Shown here: piece after piece, positions 58,272 through 64,000 of the stretch
Layout: the number at the start of each line of letters is the position of its first letter
Position numbering within the stretch: position 1 is the stretch's first letter
Assembly (NCBI GenBank): GCA_029255605.1
Contig: JANLJF010000039.1
Span: 6,399 to 70,398, forward strand
Origin: Azovibrio restrictus
GTDB lineage: Bacteria > Bacteroidota > Bacteroidia > Chitinophagales > Chitinophagaceae
Length of the DNA: 64,000 nt
Direction of reading: 5' to 3'
The notes under the pieces: generated by a model
What the model saw: the letters and a program-made list of their open reading frames with translations, nothing else
Databases searched by the model: none
Told to the model about the DNA's origin: nothing
Made by a program: the position numbers and the translations under genes

Positions 58272-59111
58272 ATGAACCGTTCTGAACGATTGATATTAGA
58301 AGAACTGGCAGAATACAAATGGCCGGGAATATACTGTTGCTCAAAGTGCGGCAATGAAAGTTATATGCCCGGCAAGAAAGCATATTCAAGACGATGCAAG
58401 CAGTGCAAGTACGAAGAGAGCCTCATGAAATTTACAGCTTTTGAAGGGTTAAGATTCCCTCTGGAAAAAGCTTACCATATCCTTCAACGAATCGTTAAGA
58501 CTGCATATGTAAATCCAGAAGCAAATATTGTCCCTGTAGGAAAGCTGACCGATAGGTTGGCAACGGAAAGAAAGTATATCTCTATCATTGATTACGTCAA
58601 TAGATGTAAAGTGAAAGAAATACCTCCCGGTGTTATAGATGAACGTATTCTCAGTATAATGGATAAACAACGGCCTTCGTTAAGGAAATTGTCAATAGAA
58701 TTCGGGGTCGAGGAGAATACCATGGCAAAGTTCATCAGTAAGCTAAATGCAAGGATAACGCTTGACGAAGTATTATTAAGAGATAGCCCATATGAAAGGA
58801 TAATAGACTTTGTCAATGTCCGCTATGATAAAGAATTGGACTTTTATTTACAAATGATGATGCACCCCCTGGTTGGTAAGTGGGACCTTGGTTGGCAACA
58901 AAGAGGTAAACATCACTTTGCTCTGACATATGAAAACATAGAATCATGGTCAGTATACAGGATTGAGTTTAGTGGAAAAGAAGATGATTATCTCATCCCA
59001 CCTTTCAAAAGGTTGGAAAGAATAGAATATGCCTCTACGATATGGAAAATCTTATACTGCAGTGATATTGACAGGAAGAAGTACCTTAATCAACTCAGTC
59101 GTTCCGAATAA
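58272..59111 (+). CDS. IS1595-type Zn-ribbon + HTH protein lacking a DDE domain
   Basis: LAEYKWP..Y.C.KCG....PGK..YSRRC..CKYEES...T.FE.LRFPL.KAY, HTH SLRKLS.EFGV.ENT..KF..KL; no DDE triad recognised. Confidence 0.65.
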   Translation: MNRSERLILEELAEYKWPGIYCCSKCGNESYMPGKKAYSRRCKQCKYEESLMKFTAFEGLRFPLEKAYHILQRIVKTAYVNPEANIVPVGKLTDRLATERKYISIIDYVNRCKVKEIPPGVIDERILSIMDKQRPSLRKLSIEFGVEENTMAKFISKLNARITLDEVLLRDSPYERIIDFVNVRYDKELDFYLQMMMHPLVGKWDLGWQQRGKHHFALTYENIESWSVYRIEFSGKEDDYLIPPFKRLERIEYASTIWKILYCSDIDRKKYLNQLSRSE

Positions 59112-59141
59112 TCAAGGCAGGAAATACCTGTCTACTCCGCT

Positions 59142-59384
59142 TTACGGATTGAATATGTCATTTGCCAACTCATAAATATCAATATTGATACTTTCGCAGA
59201 CCTCAAAACAAGCATCCATAATCTTGTTTCTTGTCGCCGCTTCTTCAGGCGTATAAGTATCTTGTCTTGATTCGCAGTTTATATAATCTTCAAAAGGCGT
59301 GTCAGGATGAAAATTCAGGTCTTCAACCAATAATTGCCTGAAAAAGGTTTTTACATCTTCAATACCATTAATCTGAGTTATCAT
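59142..59384 (-). CDS. Small hypothetical protein, 5 bp downstream of the integrase
   Basis: 80 aa, I..I.DVK.FF..L...LNFHPD.PFEDY.N. Confidence 0.7.
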   Translation of the reverse strand: MITQINGIEDVKTFFRQLLVEDLNFHPDTPFEDYINCESRQDTYTPEEAATRNKIMDACFEVCESINIDIYELANDIFNP

Positions 59385-59389
59385 AGTTG

Positions 59390-60619
59390 TTACTTTAAAA
59401 GTGTTTCTGAAAGTTGTTTGATATGATTGTCTGGAATGCTCTTTAAGTAGTGCATAGTAGTCTTACCGTCGGCATGCCCTAAAGCATCTGTTATAAAGGA
59501 GGTAGGTGTACCGTTCAATTTGAGATTCGTTCCAAATGAATGCCTTGCCAGGTTTAAAACCAATGGAACTGTAAAACCGAGATGTTCTCCGATTCCTCTC
59601 AATTTCTCATTGACAATTTTTTGTATCATTTTCCTCCGCTTCTCTCTTTCAATAGCTGTAGGATAGTTGTTCAAAATAGGAAAGATGTAGTTATCAGCTG
59701 ACATATCTGTATTACCCCAAACTTTTATGATGCGCTTCATCTCAGGATGCAGGAAGGCTTTAATTTCTTTGTTGGCTACTGAGTTTGTCCGTTTTGTTTT
59801 TTCGCGAACAAACATAATCGTATCGCCTTTAATGTTGCCGTACTTCATATAGACCATATCCTTAAAATTGATACCGTTGCACAGATAACAGAACAACCAA
59901 TAGTCCTTTGCCCTTCGTGCTCTTAATGTTGCAGGTTGATAGTGAAACAACTCTTGAACCTGTTCGGGATATAATACGTTTTTTGATTTTGCCGATGTAC
60001 CGATTGTATAGTCATCGAAAGGATAGAAACGTTTGGCTAAGTACCCATCCTTAATTGCCTTATTGAATATGATGCGCAGGTTACGCAAATATATCTGCGC
60101 TGTGGTTGCAGAATTACCTTCTTTCTCCATCCAGGAGCGATACCCTTTTAAGAAAGCTACATTGATGTCTTCAAAGTACAGAGGTGTTCTGTATTTCTTT
60201 AATGAACGCAAAGCATGGTTCATATTTTGTGCAGACTTAAACCGCTCCTCTTTTTTAAGGTTAAGCATGTACTCTTCAAATAGAAAGGTTACGTCTGTTT
60301 TGTCCGAACGATGTAAATCAGTTTCTGACTTGAACAACCTTTGAAAACCTTCACGGGTTGGATTAGGTAGTACTTCTAAAATACCTTCGGCCTTCGCTAT
60401 ATATTTACCGATTTCTGAGCGCAGTTCCTTGACATCTTTACTACCGCTTTTGCCGCTCATGGCTTTACCAAAATCTTCCTTGTTTGCGTATAGTTTCAAT
60501 CCGATTTTGAACTGTAAACCTGCTATAGATACACTGAGCTGAATCGGACAGAGGTCAGTCCCTTTCTTCGGATAGCGTTTGTCCCAGTGTACGTGGACAG
60601 AATAGTTTCTTTGCTTCAT
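59390..60619 (-). CDS. Tyrosine recombinase / integrase (Bacteroidetes Arm-DNA-binding + SAM-like + catalytic domains)
   Basis: N-terminal arm-binding domain (D.R..KK...PI.L.V), YLRNLR..FN.AIK, CNGINF.D, R.KT, ARHSFGT, LGH.D..TT..Y. Confidence 0.93.
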   Translation of the reverse strand: MKQRNYSVHVHWDKRYPKKGTDLCPIQLSVSIAGLQFKIGLKLYANKEDFGKAMSGKSGSKDVKELRSEIGKYIAKAEGILEVLPNPTREGFQRLFKSETDLHRSDKTDVTFLFEEYMLNLKKEERFKSAQNMNHALRSLKKYRTPLYFEDINVAFLKGYRSWMEKEGNSATTAQIYLRNLRIIFNKAIKDGYLAKRFYPFDDYTIGTSAKSKNVLYPEQVQELFHYQPATLRARRAKDYWLFCYLCNGINFKDMVYMKYGNIKGDTIMFVREKTKRTNSVANKEIKAFLHPEMKRIIKVWGNTDMSADNYIFPILNNYPTAIEREKRRKMIQKIVNEKLRGIGEHLGFTVPLVLNLARHSFGTNLKLNGTPTSFITDALGHADGKTTMHYLKSIPDNHIKQLSETLLK

Positions 60620-60715
60620 GTAACCGAAGATGCAAGAAACCGGCATCCATAGGTCAGCCTACCTCGCTAAATTTTCGCAAATCCAAGAATTGTAATCTTA
60701 TAATGTGGAAGTATT

Positions 60716-61504
60716 TTAAGCTTCTTTTCTGCTGAAAGTGATAATCAATTGCTGATGATTTTCGTTGTATGCAAGGAAATTAACAACATAATTCCTCCTA
60801 ACAGCGAATTCAATAGTCGCGGCATACTCATGTTTTGTCCATTCGTTATCACCGTCTGCTCGTGTATCATCACTAAAATTATAACCCTCATCTAATGCAA
60901 TTACCGTCTTTTCCGGTTCAATGTAGTCACCTAAAATCTCATATATTTTTTGAGCTGCAGCGAACGTATCAGTGTCAATATGTATGAAAGAAACTGACTT
61001 TTGCTTTAGTATATCATCAACAAAGACATCTAAGGTTTCGTCAATATCACCAATTACCAAAGATGTATTAGCTAATGGTATAAAAGGCCATCGCTTAATA
61101 CTTTTATAACCAAAAACGTTTTTAGGAAAGCCAGGTCTCCAGTTTTCCGGAAGTCCTGTCAATGAATCAAATCCGAAAACCTCACGGTTGTACGCCAATG
61201 CTGCAATAAAATTTATTGTAGTTCCCGTACAAAACCCAAATTCAAGAAATACACCATCACCAAGCGACATAGCATGTTCAACACCATACTTTAAACACGC
61301 CGCATCACTATCCATAACTTTAGCCTGTTGAACAGACAAGACTTCATTTACAAATTCTATTGATGACTTATTATTACGATAGTGCCTATTTTTTGTATTG
61401 ATATGTAGTATATTATTACCTCGCTCCTCAATAGCACTGTGGGGAGGCATTATAATATAGTTTTCTAAATTAATATCAGCACTTTCTCGATTCAGTATTT
61501 CCAT
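60716..61504 (-). CDS. Class I SAM-dependent methyltransferase (TylF/MycF-like)
   Basis: FLEFGF.TG.TI, VFGFDS..GLPE.W, L..G.I.ETL..F, FIHID.D, I.LDE..N. Confidence 0.8.
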   Translation of the reverse strand: MEILNRESADINLENYIIMPPHSAIEERGNNILHINTKNRHYRNNKSSIEFVNEVLSVQQAKVMDSDAACLKYGVEHAMSLGDGVFLEFGFCTGTTINFIAALAYNREVFGFDSLTGLPENWRPGFPKNVFGYKSIKRWPFIPLANTSLVIGDIDETLDVFVDDILKQKSVSFIHIDTDTFAAAQKIYEILGDYIEPEKTVIALDEGYNFSDDTRADGDNEWTKHEYAATIEFAVRRNYVVNFLAYNENHQQLIITFSRKEA

Positions 61505-61514
61505 TTTAATTACA

Positions 61515-62732
61515 TTATTTAAACTTCATTTTGAACAATGATGGGATGGTGACAATGTCCAAGTCTATAGGACTTCCGGTCAAAGAGTTATAGCAATTTT
61601 CTACAAATCTGTCTACAAAATCGTGATACTCTTCATCCTTATTGTAGTTTGACACAGAAACTATCTTCCGAGCTACGATTTCCCATTCTGTATGGAGTAC
61701 TGTGGAAGGGAATTTCTTAGAAAGAATCAAACAAACTATCAATACAAAGACAATATCTGAAGTGTGTGAAAGTGGTTGAAAAATGTGCATGTAGGTTCTA
61801 ATTCCGTTTTTCTCTTGTGATTTCTCATGAATAAGGTAGAACAAGTCGAAGATTTCCTTAATAGTTCTTATAATTAAATTCATCCCGCTTTCATCATTTA
61901 ACAAAAACGACATTTTATAAATATTGTCTTTAGTAACCTCAGGCACTTTATCACTCACATAATGACCTAAAAATAAGCTTTCTGCATAGTTGGCAGGTGC
62001 AGGGCCAACATCACGTTGAGATTCGATTAAGGCCGTACTTGCTTGACTCATGTACTGACACACATCTGTAGCAAATACCCCATAATTTTTCATGCTAAGC
62101 GGTTCTCCTAAAACATTGTCCTGTTCAAATATGCGTAAGTAGTTTTTTAACGACCTTGCTCCCCATCCAATAGTCCACAACAAATCTTTCTGTTTTGAAC
62201 CAGTATTGAAATGCTTTCCTAAAAGTAGATATGTAATTAACCTTGCATGGTGTGCATCAATTGTATTGGCATGAACTGCCAACTTATTCTTATATGTATC
62301 GTGAAATTTAGCATTTATATTTTCAGTCGCTAATACTACCTGGTCCTCTATCTCCTGTTTAATTAACACTTTGGGTATTACAACAACAATTGATAAAAGT
62401 ATGGTGATTCCAGCGAGAATAATTCCGAATACTAAATTGGTCTTTTCTGTGATACTCTTATCAATTTCAATGGTATGACTAATTGATTTATTAATAATGC
62501 TGTCCTTTACATCTTGCATAACACCTGCTATGTAAGCTGTATCCTTAATATTGATTTTATCGGCTTTGAGTGTTATAACTACAGGACGATTATACTGATG
62601 GGTATCCCATATTGAAAGAGCAACTAATGCCAAAAGGCATATCAAGATAACCACGTATAGAATGCGATACCACCAATCGAAAGTCTTGATATTGCGTACA
62701 CTGGATTCAGATTTATTGCTATTTCTGTTCAT
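61515..62732 (-). CDS. Hypothetical membrane protein (two TM helices)
   Basis: 405 aa, TM segments near residues 20-42 and 98-120; 10 bp from the methyltransferase start, probably co-transcribed. Confidence 0.65.
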   Translation of the reverse strand: MNRNSNKSESSVRNIKTFDWWYRILYVVILICLLALVALSIWDTHQYNRPVVITLKADKINIKDTAYIAGVMQDVKDSIINKSISHTIEIDKSITEKTNLVFGIILAGITILLSIVVVIPKVLIKQEIEDQVVLATENINAKFHDTYKNKLAVHANTIDAHHARLITYLLLGKHFNTGSKQKDLLWTIGWGARSLKNYLRIFEQDNVLGEPLSMKNYGVFATDVCQYMSQASTALIESQRDVGPAPANYAESLFLGHYVSDKVPEVTKDNIYKMSFLLNDESGMNLIIRTIKEIFDLFYLIHEKSQEKNGIRTYMHIFQPLSHTSDIVFVLIVCLILSKKFPSTVLHTEWEIVARKIVSVSNYNKDEEYHDFVDRFVENCYNSLTGSPIDLDIVTIPSLFKMKFK

Positions 62733-62928
62733 AATTTGCAGCCGATTATACTACAAGTTATTATATGTTATAGGTTAAACAAACTGTAAGCATAAATTTT
62801 ACAGTGCCATAAGGAAGACATATTGGGATGTAATAGTTATTGCAAATCTTACTGCAAGTTGCGAAAAGACAATCCTTGAATCGGCATGAAAACCCTACCA
62901 ATGGCTCACTTCAGCAATACAATGATTG

Positions 62929-62963
62929 AAACAGTCCCCTGATTACTGATGGGGGGACTGTTT
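62929..62963. terminator. Hairpin, probable terminator
   Basis: aaacagtcccc...ggggactgttt. Confidence 0.55.
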
Positions 62964-63060
62964 ATTTAGAAACTAACACAGCGTTATTACGATACTTTAC
63001 AAATCGGTTTAATATTTATATTTTAGTACTACTATTCCTTGTCGAAGGATATTAGATACT

Positions 63061-64000
63061 ATGAACGAAAGAAAACTATCCCGGCTACAAAAAGAATATC
63101 GTGCTTTCTTTTTAAGGAAACTCGAACGATATAACGTTAAGTCCCCCGCGCAATTAACCGTAGAAAGGAAAAGCGAGTTCTTTTCAGAGATAAAACAAGA
63201 TTGGGCTGCGTATAAACTTCTAAATAAAGCCGATGATAACAGCAGTACTAAAGAGGAAATTGTCTTGCATAAAGACATTGGACAAGCTGAAAGTGACGTG
63301 CTAATTCAACAGATTTTAGTCAGCGCCGAAAACGAAAAAGCATCCTCATTACACCAATTGCCAAATGCCTCTCACAACAATAGCAAATACGACGGCACTC
63401 ACAGGGGAACACTCCGACAAAACAATAAATCTTCCATAGGCCTATCTAAGCAAATTATTGATTCCATAGCTAACAATAAACAAAAAGACGATTTAAAAAT
63501 ATTATTCACTCCTAATGAATACTTCATACAGCATGGACTGTACAAGTACCCTGTAGTAAAGATGCCTAAAAGCGATTCTCTTTTGAAGCTACCAAGACAA
63601 CATCGCTCGAATCAAAAAGGTTATAAGGAAGAGGAATTTTATCAACTACTGAAAAAGAACATTACTAACATTGAAATGACTAATGATGTTCATATGGTAA
63701 TTCCCAATTTCAATAAACCATATGAGCCTGATATTGTGCTTTTTGACAGTAGTATAAATCTGTATATAGATATTGAAATTGATGAGCCGTACGATGGATA
63801 TTATAGATACCCTACGCATTTCATAACCCCAGAAGATGAAATTAGAAATGACGATGTAAGGGATTTGTTTTTTACAGAGAGCGGATGGATTGTTATACGG
63901 TTCACTGAGAAACAAGTTCATTGCCAACCATTAGAATGTATTTCTTACATCAGAGAAATACTTAATTCTGTTTATGGTAAAAGCTTTACAAAAGAAATAG
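63061..64000 (+). CDS. Partial ORF (runs off the window, absent from the ORF track) with a Vsr/DUF559-like nuclease domain
   Basis: Open from ATG 63061 to the end: MNERKLSRLQKEY...PYEPDIVL...YIDIEIDEPYDG..R.PTH...RDLFFTESGWIVIRFTEKQV. Confidence 0.8.
   Translation, partial: MNERKLSRLQKEYRAFFLRKLERYNVKSPAQLTVERKSEFFSEIKQDWAAYKLLNKADDNSSTKEEIVLHKDIGQAESDVLIQQILVSAENEKASSLHQLPNASHNNSKYDGTHRGTLRQNNKSSIGLSKQIIDSIANNKQKDDLKILFTPNEYFIQHGLYKYPVVKMPKSDSLLKLPRQHRSNQKGYKEEEFYQLLKKNITNIEMTNDVHMVIPNFNKPYEPDIVLFDSSINLYIDIEIDEPYDGYYRYPTHFITPEDEIRNDDVRDLFFTESGWIVIRFTEKQVHCQPLECISYIREILNSVYGKSFTKEI

Larger units (their letters stand above)
33795..64000. mobile_element. Genomic island / integrative element downstream of tRNA-Asn (right boundary not resolved)
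   Basis: Abrupt switch after the tRNA to visibly more AT-rich sequence with defence, methyltransferase, mutagenesis, orphan and integrase genes; no housekeeping genes return before the window end. Confidence 0.8.

Noticed and set aside
60680-60720. 10-bp match (aaatacttcc) between the integrase upstream region (minus strand) and 33915-33924 as an att core
   Set aside because: Too short and AT-rich, and in inverted orientation, so it does not support a direct-repeat attachment site
1-64000. CRISPR array, rRNA, phage structural genes, relaxase or T4SS genes
   Set aside because: No regularly spaced direct repeats, rRNA-like sequence or recognisable capsid, terminase, relaxase or VirB motifs were seen

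Overview
Bacteroidota (Chitinophagaceae-like) chromosomal window in two parts. Positions 1-33.75 kb are core genes: the hscA end, aspartate aminotransferase + aspartate kinase, OstA/MlaD/Omp85-like envelope genes, the gldKLMN T9SS/gliding operon, hemD, hemW, fabH, fabG, rlmN and a GT2 glycosyltransferase, ending at tRNA-Asn(GTT). From about 33.8 kb to the window end lies a visibly more AT-rich accessory island. It carries an OLD-like ABC ATPase/TOPRIM nuclease and a restriction-like cluster (GHKL/MORC ATPase-nuclease, wHTH-HNH-wHTH nuclease, HpaII-like C5 methyltransferase, Vsr, TaqI-like ORF). It also carries a controller-like HTH with a C-box-like site, a family-A-polymerase-like putative replicase, an imuA-imuB-dnaE2 cassette with alkB, a degenerate ParB-like/C5-methyltransferase pair, a tyrosine integrase and many orphans. 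Best leads: (1) an unannotated leader-peptide attenuator rich in aspartate-family codons upstream of the aminotransferase-lysC operon; (2) the multi-nuclease MORC/HNH/HpaII-like defence cluster; (3) a possible self-replicating integrative element built on a PolA-like protein with no relaxase or phage genes; (4) the ParB/MTase pair with both cofactor-binding motifs remodelled. Family assignments come from motif reading and recalled family knowledge; no database searches were run.
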